Shown here: in pieces, positions 35,001 to 36,678 of the stretch
Numbering within the stretch: the stretch's first letter is position 1
How the letters are laid out: the number at the start of each line of letters is the position of its first letter
NCBI GenBank assembly: GCA_964200075.2
Contig: CAXNAA020000015.1
Span: 1-37,715, forward strand
Source of the DNA: Sphacelaria rigidula
Taxonomy: Eukaryota
Direction: 5' to 3'
Length of the DNA: 37,715 nt
Translations under genes and position numbers: made by a program
The notes under the pieces: generated by a model
Database searches by the model: none
The model's input: only the letters and a program-made list of their open reading frames with translations
What the model was told of the DNA's origin: nothing

Positions 35001-36431
35001 GCCGACGAAAGTACTGCTGATCGTGGGGACGAGGCGAATTCTGAGGTAGCAGCCCACGAACTGATCGAGAAGCCGGTCGCCGCCGTGGATAGTCCTGTGG
35101 GTGGTTCGGTACAGGCGACGGCTGTAGAGAAACAAGAGCTCGTCGGATCGCCTCAACAGCAAGCGTTTAGGGTTAGGGTCCGCGAACCGACCGACCAGTC
35201 GATCGCTGCGGTGGATAGTCCCGTGGGTATTTCGAAGGAAGCGACGGTTGCTGTTGACGAGAAAGAGAGCGTAAGATCGTCTAACCAGCAAGCCACTGAT
35301 GATGTGGCCAGTGCGACCGACCCGGAGTCCGCGACAGCTGCTCCGGTAGAAACCACCGCGACCGAGGGTGAGATGGATGCAGGAGCTGCTGCAGCTGGGC
35401 ACGAGCAGGTGGTTGTTGCCGAGGCGGACGATATGCCGTTGGCAGGTGCGGAGGTCGATGCATCGACTGTGGCGGAGGTGATTACGGTCGCTTTCTCGAA
35501 CACTGACGGAGATAGGTGGGCATCGACGGCCGAGGCAGTGGCCGATGGCTGTGCTGCTGGCCGTGTCGGTGAGCCGGACGCTGACGGTCGACCCCTTGAA
35601 CTGATCGAGCAGCCGATCTTCGCTATGGATAATCCCGTGGGTGCTTCGATAGAGGCGACGGCTACTCAAGTGGAGGTCGCCGTGACTATGATTGGGGTGA
35701 AAGAGGACCTCAGTGGATCTATCCATGAGCGCGCGCCCGTTGCAGAGGTGCGTGGCGTACTGGACTTTGATCTGAAGGTCGAAGCCCCCGCCGTGATGGG
35801 CGATGTATCAGCTTCTCCTTCAAAAGTCGATCAACGTTGGCCGACGGAGACAGCCGACGCAGCTGGTGACGAAAGTGCTGCCAGTCGTGTTGACGAGCTG
35901 GGCTGCCAGAGTTCAGAAAAAAAGCCACCTAAGCTGCCGATCGTCACAGTTCATAGCGTTGAGCCTTCGCCTGGTACGGCGGCAGCCGATGGGGAGGAGA
36001 ATTCACAGATCGCTGGTGCCGCAGATGTAAACGTCGGAACTGCTGCTCTGATCGAGGTCGCTGTGACTCGGCAAGAGGTAGACGTAGGCGTCTCCGTGTC
36101 TTCAGGCCAGCAAGTGACTATTGCAGAGGTGCATGATACTGCCGTCGATACTTTGCTGGGTTCAACGGAAGATGAGGAGAAGAAGGCACAAGCGTCCGAC
36201 CGGGGAACTACTGGCTATATCACTCGTGTTGTTGATCCGAAGCCTGACAACGCTGCCCCAGTCGAGGCCGCCGCACCCGAGGTTGAGGTCGAAGCGCCTA
36301 TCGCTGCATCCGGAATCGAGCAGGTAGCTATTGCAGAGGTGCGTAACGTGTTGTCGGCAGGTACAAAAACCGGAGAGTCCGTCGTTGTGGACGCGTCTCC
36401 CCCGAATGTTGATGAAAATTGCCAGGACTAA
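5046..36431 (+). CDS. Giant exon encoding ~10,460 aa: acidic linker (~370 aa) followed by a 137-aa tandem repeat region rich in A/D/E/V/T/S/G/P
   Basis: Acceptor ttttcatactccaacag|CGG in phase 0 with the 3752 donor. No stop for 31.4 kb. The TAA at 36429-36431 is supplied by an inserted element. Confidence 0.88.
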   Translation, partial: RVMFEGAGPVDQELSAAHEFQIQLLASIGAHVVANRQKEAESTMGAVMSAAGGDCEQSQELSEQEICQQRGEESEAELLGDIILTENAPPEDVSSEIGSAGDVFCDLDGDRVLSRMSLRVGFCSTDDGASAPLVAISTVLDDTADKEDGSLSLSVTESDVGYCDGLTPPVVESTIRTEGFSSSPVKDEGRTPVEQFAPETSGETEQGGVSPKSLRLGIDVVTEIPTHSGEENGDALPVARAPEEARISTEVDSRASDDEDLGCAAMPLHHEEAIGVTISTQLEYAGVSGDATADTGGVELVEDDSVDRLQVDPSVAAVQAENQGSVPSTAVSTSDTFDEVEGKCLVLSSMKVDAESAVGEKKEAMNADGRENVRTLNQRSAQDAASAADEELTTAAPVETTTTEDEVEVDVTASVHEQAAGTGVGDTLSAGEADLSNMTDSTTVPPSNPDGDQQASTAEAIDDESATGRVNNQDSDGAAREIILTPIAAGDSSMGAATQATTVDVLENVESPNRQATDDVASTVDPELTTTAPIKAGTTRGEVEVDAAVSAHEHVAAPEVDEVLLTGAEANESAVADMATAHPANVDGHGLAPAAEAVADGSVANRVDDPDSECIASKSLDTTIIVVDTSIETSTVVTAVDGQGNVRTPDENSTDDVKGALYPDSATTAALEATTTVGQVEVDVAAFGHEQMAVADARDVVSAVAEADESAVADMNAASTLDAAGGQRASAAEAVAGGSDAGRVDDPDSEGAVRDMNDKPIAIVDGPVGASTEATTVGVQGDVGMPHQQATDDVASVIGPEVMTTGVLKAAATDGEVGVDVVAYGHEQVSVADVHDVLSAGPEADQSALADKAAESISDAAGDGRESATEPVADESVVARMDDSDADGTLASLDTPIAAVDWPVGAPIESMAADTQEDERTSDQQATDNVASSADPECTTAAPLKATASGSELEVDLAASGHEQVDFAMVRDMSSAGAQAHDSTVAEMTTAPPSNDYGDSRAWVTGAAADGRSAGRVYDPHSQDGVRELIEQPVAAVDSTVCALMETMTVDERENVGSPNPQVTEVVARPADPESTAAALVEASATGGEEEVEAAESRHKQVAVAEGRSVLLVGPEADNFAVAGITIASPSNADRESRAWGTEAVADGGAAGRVDGPDPKGAAQRLTEQPNTAVDRSMSASIGAATVYWQEDVRSLHQQDTDDVASAADSESKTAAPIDAATAGSEVGVDAAASGHKEAAAGEPCDVLSVGTGADDLTVADVTTAPPTNADGDGRASTAAETVTDIRVEDPESTAAALVEAAAPEGEVEVDVAASRHEQDDVPEGGDVLSTRPDAGDNAGRDTIIAPPSNADDHRRASTAEAVGDVSATGHMDDRDCEGSVRELTKQPTAVVGSLVGASTHATTVEVQQIVVSPNQQAKGDPVSVEDPASSISAWFGAAATGDKVAADAVASGHEHVAVQEVRDVLSAATVAEDTTAADIALDPSSNANEDGRLSTANAVVDRSTTGRVDDPDSEGAVREPIEQAISAVDSPVCASMEATAVDGRENVEFSNQQATYDVLSATGPESTTVASVEAAATGDEVEVDAAASGHEQAPVAVVRNVLSVEPEDDDSTAADITVALPLKADKDGKASEAVTDEGVAGRVDDSNPGGAARERIEQLITAVDSGVRASIKGTTVEEQENVGSPHQQAMDDAVSAVNQASMTATAVQAAATGVEVEVDAAVSRHEQAPVAEACDVLSAGAEADDSTVADMTTAPLPRIVGDVRAFVAEAVADICAAGREDDPNSKVAARKLVEQPIAAMDSPLAVSIDATAVEEEEDVGSPHQQARDNVASAANPDSTTAAPVEVAAIGGEMEGDVAAPGHEQAAVAEVRDVVSVEPTTNDSTVTDIAAALPPNTDEDGRALVTEAVTDGGAAGRVDDPDSEGSAHKLCEQLVPAVDSAVHASTEGTAVEEQGSVESPHHHATDDATSPAGLESTTAAPAEVAAIGGKVAEDAAASRHEDVAVAEVRDVLSAEPEGDDLTAADVTVALLSNADEYSRAVAAEATTDGGATGRVDDPDSEGEARELLDQAIVAGSSAVGASIEALEGQENVGSPQQQAKDGVVSAVEPESVSASPVEATVADGEEEVDAAPSRHEQVTETDARDVLLVGAAADDLTMTDTTTALPSNADEGSRASVVDAAADGSAAGREDDPDSKGAARKLVEQPIATADSPVRASTEVTAADGQENIGSLHQQATDDLANAADSESTNAALIKAAATVVEVKRDTGGSGQEQVAVAEVGDVLLAGAVTDDLTVADMATAPTLSADEADRELAAGAVADVRPAGDVDDPEAEGVVHELIKGPIAAVDSAVRASIGAMTIDERENVACPNQQAENDVASTADPESTTAAPVEVAAAAGEVEMDGAASEHEQVAVTVVGGVLSAGAEADDSSVMDMTTAPPTSTGGDGKASTSDAVADEVAGRRMDDTECESKAHELIEQPINVVDGPVGASNEVMTVNGKEIVETPHQHATEDVANTADLEATTASPVEAHAAWGEVGVNVVESGHEQAAVVEVEGTLLAGAEIDERAITDMTTALPLNADGNGQASAAEVVVDGHARGGVVDPNVSGAPCKPTEPAIAAVGSPVSALVESRAVGELENIGSRHLQAAGDVASAADLESKTAVPVESTATGGEVEVGSAVSRHEQAIVAEACDVLLARDEAKDSIVADMTTTPPSNAVGDGPESAAKAVADGSATGRLDDQDSEGAAACKPIEKPIAAMRSSVGASIEATAADGQGNIGSPEQQATGDVASAADPRPTTAAPVEAAATGGEVRVENTVSGHEQAPVAEADNALSAGAEVDEFTVADMITAPRSSADEGSRAPAAETVVDVRAAGRVDDLGSEGGARELIEKSVVVVDSPVGASIEVDVQENLGSSVHQATDDVVGAADPGSMTAAQVEATAIGGEVEGRAAASNHEQSAVAEADEVLLTGAEVGESAVADSLTAPLTNADKDDPAPAAKTVADDRSAGRVDDPDADGRVLKLIEQPMDAVDSPLSAFTDATTVDGQELVGSRYQQAAGDVVSAGDLESTTAAAVKAAATGGEKEADAAVFGHEQATVAEVKDAPTTGAKEDEPAIAAPTTALPTNANEDEPASATEAVTDVSSTGCVYNLDLEGAAREPIEQPIPVVDSPVDASIDTAAVDGSDKIGLADQEATGDGASAKDLQSTTAAPVEASVTEGEVEVGGAVPGHEQATVAEADDILSAGAEVDESAVVHITAATSPNSDGDGRALPAEAVTDERAAGCVDNANAERAALDLIEQPIAAVDSLVSASIDTAAVDGQENVGSSDHQATGDEANAADSESTIAAPIESTATGGEVEIDAAVSGHEQAVVAEVDKLAMADTTTGPPTSADEDALVSGADSVVDEIATGRVGDPDAKDATLERIEQPTAAVDSPVRASIELTAVDGQGNIESADPQSTGDVAGVVDPESTTAASVEASEAKSEVEVGGAFSGHEQVAAAEANDALSAGAGIDESAVVHNTTAPSPNADGDDRASPAETVAEERASDRVSGLSSECSAFELIEQPIVTVDSPVGGLIDTAAVDRQQNVGSPDYQATGDEVNVVDPDSTTAVPVEAAATGGEVEMDAAASAHEQVAVAEADDILSADAKIDESAMAATAPPTNADSDDPASGAEAVVDVGSIGGVDDLDVKGAAREPVEQPIAAVDSPVSVSIESTAIDRQEDFEAPDPRATSDVAGAADPERTTAAPVEAAATGGEVEMDAVASAHEQVAVAEADDILSAGAKVDEFAMANATTAPPTNADSDDPASRAEAVVDVIATGRVDPDAEGAAFEVIEQPIAAVDCPVGGSTESTAVGGQDNIESADQQATGDVASVVDPESTTAAPVKAGTAEVEVEVDVDGAVSGHEQAAVAEADDALLEGAEVDESAVVHITMAPSPNADEDGRASPVETVLDQCASDRAEDPESKGAPLELIERNAVVDSPVGASTDPAAVNGQENVGSRQQRNTGDEISAADPTSTTAAWVEATATGGEVELGGVVSEHEQTAVAEADGAFSADIDVDESAVHIIPKADEDDRASSAETVADQRAANRVDDSDANGAALELIEQPMIAVDSPVGALTDATTVDGQEDLGSLEQQTTGDEVRAPDPESMTAAAVEGTATRGEVEVGASASAHEQAACSRISTREANEILLTGAEADESAMVDTTTAPPTNADEDDPAPAAEVVVDITSSGGVDDLDAKGAAREPIKPPIIVVDSPVGTSIDTVAVDGQEDVGLPYQQATGDVVSVADPESTTAARVEATATEGGAKVGAAASALQQPTIVEADDMLSVGVKVDESAMADTTTAPPTKADGDGPAPAAEAVVDVSDTDGVDDSDSESAAYEPIEQPIVVMESLVSIPVESTAVDGQENAGSADQQANGNEARMDDPESTTAGPVEAAATGGEVEVGAAVSGYGQTAVAEAHDILSGDAEVDESVMTDTTTAPPTNAHEDDPASGTKELVDESATGRGDDANAEGAAHKHFEQPFAAVDSPVDVSVNATALDKRENVSSPDQQAAGDATRVADPTSTTAAPVEVVATRGEVKMGATASVHEQVAVADVEDAWMVGAAVGESVMADTTTAPVTKADEDDPASAAEAVVDASANGRVDDPDANGAALKSIEQAITVVDSPASVSITSIAVDERENVGSPVQQATGDDASVADPESTAAILVEAGATGGEVEMDAAASAHEQVTVAEADDALLIGAEVDESALANKTTAPPASADEDGPAPAAEAVVSEIATDRVDDPDAEDADRQPIEQPIAAVGSPVSVSIESTAVGGQENARSVDPQATGDEASVLDPESTVAAPVEAAATGSKVEMGAAAVSGHEQLTVEETDDMLWEDAEVDISAMADTTTAPPMNADEDDPASAAQAEVDKLAIGRVDDPDAEGAAREPIEQPISAVGIPMSVLLIDSRFVDGQEEVGTADQQATGCVARVLDPDATIAAMVDTTATGGEMEVGAAASTREQAAVAAVDDILSAGADVVESIMADTTKAPPTNGDENGPASAAEAVVDKSTIGRVDNPDADDVTREPIEQSIAAVGSPVSVSIESTAVDGQEIAGSADPPATGDKASVLDPELTTSGPVEAAATGDEVEYVDAVSVQEQVTVAEADDTLLTGAEVDESAMADTTTGPPPSGDKNHPASGANAAVDEAATGRVDDLHAEGAAREPIEQSIAAVGSPAGVPIESTAVDGQDNVESADQQAAGDEASMADPKSMIAAPVEVGAIGGEVESVDTVSVQEQVTVAEVDDTLLIGAEVDESAVAITTTGPPPSGDENHPASGADTVVDEAATGRVDDLHAEGAAREPVEPSIAAVGSTAGVPIESTAVDGQDNVGSANRQATGDEASMADPESMIAAPFEAGATGGEVESADAVSVHEQVTVAEVDDTLLTGAAVHESAIAITTTGPPASGDEDDPASGADTVVDVAATGRVDDPDAEGAARERIGQSIAAVGSPAGVSIESTAVDGQDNVGSADRQATGDEASMANPESTIAAPVEAGATGGEVEVDAAVPGHEQMTAAYTSDALSRDAEVDEPAMADTTTAALTSADEDGPAPVADAVIDVIATDRVDDPDAEGAAREPVEQSITAVDSLLDVSIESTAVDAGLADQQATGDVASMADSKSTIAAPVEAAATGGEVEANAAVSGNAHVTVAIADDTLLTCAEVDEFALVDTMTAPPTNGVQDGPATAAEVVVDVIVTRCVDDLDAQSAASVPIEQAIAAVGSPVSVSIESTAVDGQEEVGSADQQGTGDEASVAAPESMTAAAVDATATRGAVEVGAAASAHEQATVAKADDVVSAGAEVDESVMADTTTASPLNADEDGPTSAAEAVVGVIATGRVDDPGAEGAALEAIEQPIAAVGSYVSVMIESTAVDGQEEVQPPGQQATDEARVADPESTTSATVDATVTGGEMEVSAAASAHEQVAVADVDDILSAGAAVDESAMAVTTKAPATNSEEGGPASGVKAVVDVIATGRVGDPDAEDAVRELVKQSIAAVGSPVSVSVESTAVDGQENAESADQQTTGDEASVADPESTTACPVEAAAIGGEVESIGAVSVYEQVIMAEADDTLSTVAAADGSAIAVTTTAPPTNSDKTNPASGADVVVDLATTSRVDDPDAEGAAREPIEQSIAAVGSPGGVSIESTAVDGQDNVGSADQQTTGDEASVTNPESMVAAPVEAGATGGDVDMEAAVSGHEQVTVAKTDDTLLTRAAVDESAMADTTIAPRTNADEDGPAPAAEAVVDVIATGRLDDLDAEGAARQPIEQPMTVDDSPMSVSIGSTAVDGQAGVGSADQRATASVAAPESMTAAPIDVTATGGEMEVAAAASAHEQATVAEADDIASAGAEVDESVMADTTTAPPTNGDEDGPASAAEAVVDELATGRVDDPDAESSAREPTEQPIAAVGSPVSVSIESTAIDGREGVGSADQQASGDEASVTDPESTVAATVDATSRWGEMESDAAVSGHKKTTAAEANDILSAGAAVDESAMADTTIAPPINGDEENPATGAKAVVDVSTTGHTDDPDAEDADGEPIEQPIVAVGSLGSVLIESIAVDRRENAGSTDQQTTGDEASVVDPQSTIAAPLEAAATGGKVESVAAVSRHEQVAVAEADDTLSTGAGADEFALADTTTAPPTNADEDSPVPGAEAVVDKLATSRVDDPDAEGAAREPIGQSIAPVGSPVSVSMESTAVDGQENAGSADRQAAGDEVSVADPESRTAVTVDATTTGGDVEVSAAASAHEQAAVAEADDIVSAGAAADESAMADTTTCPPTNGNEDGPALAAEAVVDASATGLVDDPDAEDAACELIEQPITEVDSPAGVSIESTAADGQDNVGSADQQTTGDEASVADPESMIAAPVGAAATGGEVEVNAAVPGHEQVTVAEAHDTLSGGAEVDESTIADTTTAPHANFDEDGPAPAAEAVVDTIVTHCVDDPDAEGADLEAIEDPFAGVDSPVRVSIESTAVDGRDNAGSADENATGDETSVADPESVAAASVKAAATGSEVGMGAASISERGQISVVQADDKLLTGAEVDVSALADMTTAPDTNADEDGPSPETETVVDVIATGRVDDSDAEGAAIEVIEQPTAVDSPMSVSIESTTVDRQEELESPDQRATSDVADAADPESTTAAPVGAAAIGGEVEMDAAASAHEQVAVAEADDILSVGAKVDEFAMADTTVAPPTNADSDDPASRIVAVVNVGSIDLADDSDAEDAAREAIQQPVTAVESRAGPAPAANAVVDVIVTGRVDDPGAEDAAREPLEHLIAAVDSRVSVSVESAAIAGQENIVSADQQAAGDESCVADPQSTIAAPFQASMTGGEVEVDAAVSAHEQAAATEGQDERVVNAKVDESAMEDTTIAPLTNADEDGPAPAADAGIDAIATDRLDSPDAEGEGRESTEQPIAAVGSPADVSIESTVVDGQDNAKVADPRESGYDVSVAGPESTIAALVEVAANRGKVEVDAAVFGHEQAAAAEVEGERVIDAEVDESTMAGTTTAPPTNADEYDPAPAGDAVNDEIATCRMEDPDAEGAACQRIAQPIAAVSRLVSVSIDTAVVDEQENVESADQQATGDEASVADPESTTAATVDATATGGEVKSDAAASAHEQAVVAEGDDILSADAEVVESGMADMTTAPPLNADDDGPASGADAVVDVIATGRVDDPDAEGAAREPIEQPIAAVGSFASVSTESTAVDGQENVASTDQQATGDEASLADPQSMTAGRVEAAATGGEVDSDGAVSEHKEVTVTGADDILLTGAEVDESAMADTTTAPLTNADEDGPAPAAEVVIDVIATGRVHDLDAEGEDRETIKHSLIVVGSPVNVSMESTAADGQENAGSADQQATGEEVGVADPESTIAATVEAAATGGEVEVNVAVSGHEQTTVAGAEYAWMIGPEVDECGMAGTTTAPPTNGDETDPVPATDAVVDSIATSRVDCPSAEGAGSKPIEQRIAAVSSPVNVSMESTADDGQENTELADQQATGDEASVANPEPASAAPFEAAATGAEVEVDAAVSGHEQTAVAEADDARVYGAEVDESTMAYTTTAPPTNGDEDNPASGADAVVEVIATGRVEDPDAEGAARQPIEQPIVAVGSPASVSIESTAVDGQESVRSTDPQATGDEFSVADPQSTIAAPVEAAAIGGEVDSDGAISGQKQVTLAGAYDILLTRTEFMKSAMSVTTTAPLTNADEDGPAPVADAVVDVIATARADDLDAEGATLEPIEQSIVAVGSPAGVSVVSTAADGQEGTGLADQQANGDEASLADPESTIAAAVEVAAARGEVEVDAVVSGHEQAAVEEADDIVSAGVEVDESVMADTTTAPTTNGDETDQASGAEVVVDVIATGRADDPDAEDTAHEPTEQPVAAVGSPAGVSEASMAVDGQENTGSADQQATDDEANVTNPASMIAAPVEAADEVEVDAAESGHERAAVAEAEDARMTGGEVDKFTMADTTTAPHTNGDENAPPSGAEAVAGIIAFGRVNDPDYKIEAYEPIEQPIITVGSPVCASLNAMAVEGQENIGSADQAAGDATTAVDLESMTAASVEVAVAKGDVEVCAAAPIHQQAAVVEVGDVLSAGIVIDKFPVVHITTASSPKANEDNPASPAEAVVHVRAAGRVDNLDAEGEALELIEQPIVAVDNPAGALIDATAVSEHENIKPCQQQPTGDEASATVPTSTTAAWVEAAATGGGVRVGAAASAQEQAAVAEVDDVLSAGAEVDEFAIADTTTAPLTNANEDDPVPAAEAVAVSTSSSGVDDPGRESAAREPIEQLTAAVDSSAGVSTQATVVDDQESIESPDQQATGHAARVADPESTTAAPAEAATTGGEVVVDVAVSEPKQTVAVEVGDVPTVGPEIDESAMADTTTAAPTDPDEDGSASGAEGVVDVIATGRVDDPDAENAACEPIEQPIVAMDSPVSVSMEATADNGQENIQSADQQATGDVASVPNPESTTSAKVEPAALGRKQATVADTGDVLSAGIEVDETSVVHITAGPSPNADEAWLASRVETVADERAADRVDDPDAESVTCEPIKQPIVAMDSPVRFSMEATAVGSQENVQSANQQAIGDVVRAPDPESTTSAQVEPAALGRKQATVVDANDVLSVGVEVDETSVVHITAAPSSNADEDGLACGAKTGADQRAVGRADDPDAEGAACGPIEQPIATMDSPARAFIETMTIDGQDNIESRQQQTAGDVVSAGDQEAITAASIEAAATGGEVEVGAAPSGREQAANAEADDVLLAGAEIDESVVVKITTAPSPKADEDGRVSPAKIVADQRTADRVEDRDAEGAARAPIEQPIAAVDSPAGALTDATAVDGQEHVGSCQQQGSGDVARVADPESPAAAPVEAAATGDQVEVDAAVSRHEQAVVAEVEDAMTAGAKNDESAVADTATAPPTNADEDEPASAAEAAVDVSSSDHMNDPDAKGGARGLIEQPVAVADSPGGASVDPTAVDGQEDVGSVDQNATGDEASATDPKSTISASIEAAATKGKVEVGDAVSRHEQAALTEMKGALTAGAEFDESDMVDIITVPSTTVKEDDLVSAANAVVDIGATGRVGDLDSEDAAPELIEQPIAAVDRSVGALKEAANVDGQENVGSRQQQTGDEASVADPELTAAAPVEVAATKGDVDTGVAEPGHEQAAVAEADDALSPGAEVDESVVADTTTASSPNADRYGQVSAAETMAGESADRRVHVSNSEGASLRRIEQPIAAVDSHMGTSIEATAIDGEENVRSLNHRAIANVFSKTGPESATVSPSGATATEGKVEVGAAAAGREQAVVAEAGDVLSASAEVDEFSMANMITASTSSADGDGRASAAEAADDASTTGRVDDPDAGDRARELIDQPIAAVDSPVSASIGATAVKGQESIGSPHYQATGDVDRTTDPESRTAAPVEVVATGDVVELDTAASEHEQVAIEEVLDALPVGAETDGSIVVDTMRASLSRADKDGRVSPAEAMADESTADRGDEANSEVAAHELIEKPVAAVDSPVGGSVQATAVEKQELVGSPQQQAFRVRVREPTDQSIAAVDSPVGISKEATVAVDEKESVRSSNQQATDDVASATDPESATAAPVETTATEGEMDAGAAAAGHEQVVVAEADDMPLAGAEVDASTVAEVITVAFSNTDGDRWASTAEAVADGCAAGRVGEPDADGRPLELIEQPIFAMDNPVGASIEATATQVEVAVTMIGVKEDLSGSIHERAPVAEVRGVLDFDLKVEAPAVMGDVSASPSKVDQRWPTETADAAGDESAASRVDELGCQSSEKKPPKLPIVTVHSVEPSPGTAAADGEENSQIAGAADVNVGTAALIEVAVTRQEVDVGVSVSSGQQVTIAEVHDTAVDTLLGSTEDEEKKAQASDRGTTGYITRVVDPKPDNAAPVEAAAPEVEVEAPIAASGIEQVAIAEVRNVLSAGTKTGESVVVDASPPNVDENCQD
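6150..36425 (+). repeat. Coding tandem array, ~73 diverged copies of a 411-bp (137-codon) unit
   Basis: Homologous EQ(P)IAAV codons at 28161, 28572, 28983 and 29394 are exactly 411 nt apart. Manual count of the GRVDDPD-type marker gives ~73 units plus partials. Terminal units are degenerate and the boundaries are approximate. Confidence 0.93.
35166..35178 (+). repeat. Short telomere-like tract TTTAGGGTTAGGG at a rearrangement junction in the array
   Basis: Directly visible and not seen at this position in other repeat units. Confidence 0.6.
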
Positions 36432-36675
36432 TGCCGAGATAACCCCCCCACAAAAAGTGTACCGGAGACCATCCGACAAACCGGCTGCGATCCCACTATT
36501 GGGCTCGTTTGCAGCGATTTCGCCCACGTGAGGGGCGTATAGCAGCCTGAAATCAGCTATAATGCCCAAATAAGCCGCGTCGTGCAGCGCGAAACCAGCT
36601 CTAACGGCATTTTTTATCATCGCCTCCGTGCACGTTTTTGGCCAGTTCGGGGGGGGGCTATCTCGGCAGCAGTCA
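36426..36675. mobile_element. MITE-like non-autonomous DNA transposon (~250 bp) inserted in coding sequence
   Basis: Left end GACTAATGCCGAGATAACCCCCCC (36426-36449) is the reverse complement of right end GGGGGGGCTATCTCGGCAGCAGTC (36651-36674) at 21/24 positions. CAG flanks both sides (36423-36425, 36676-36678). The empty site reads in frame as NCQAETVVNE. Confidence 0.85.
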
Positions 36676-36678
36676 CAG

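Noticed and set aside
5111-35928. Numerous long minus-strand ORFs (up to 624 aa) and short alternative-frame plus ORFs
   Set aside because: Shadows of the GC-rich, GNN-biased repeat codons. They recur with the 411-bp period and have no independent coding signal.
6150-36425. CRISPR array or non-coding satellite interpretation
   Set aside because: No short invariant repeat with unique spacers; the unit is a codon multiple and the frame is conserved throughout.
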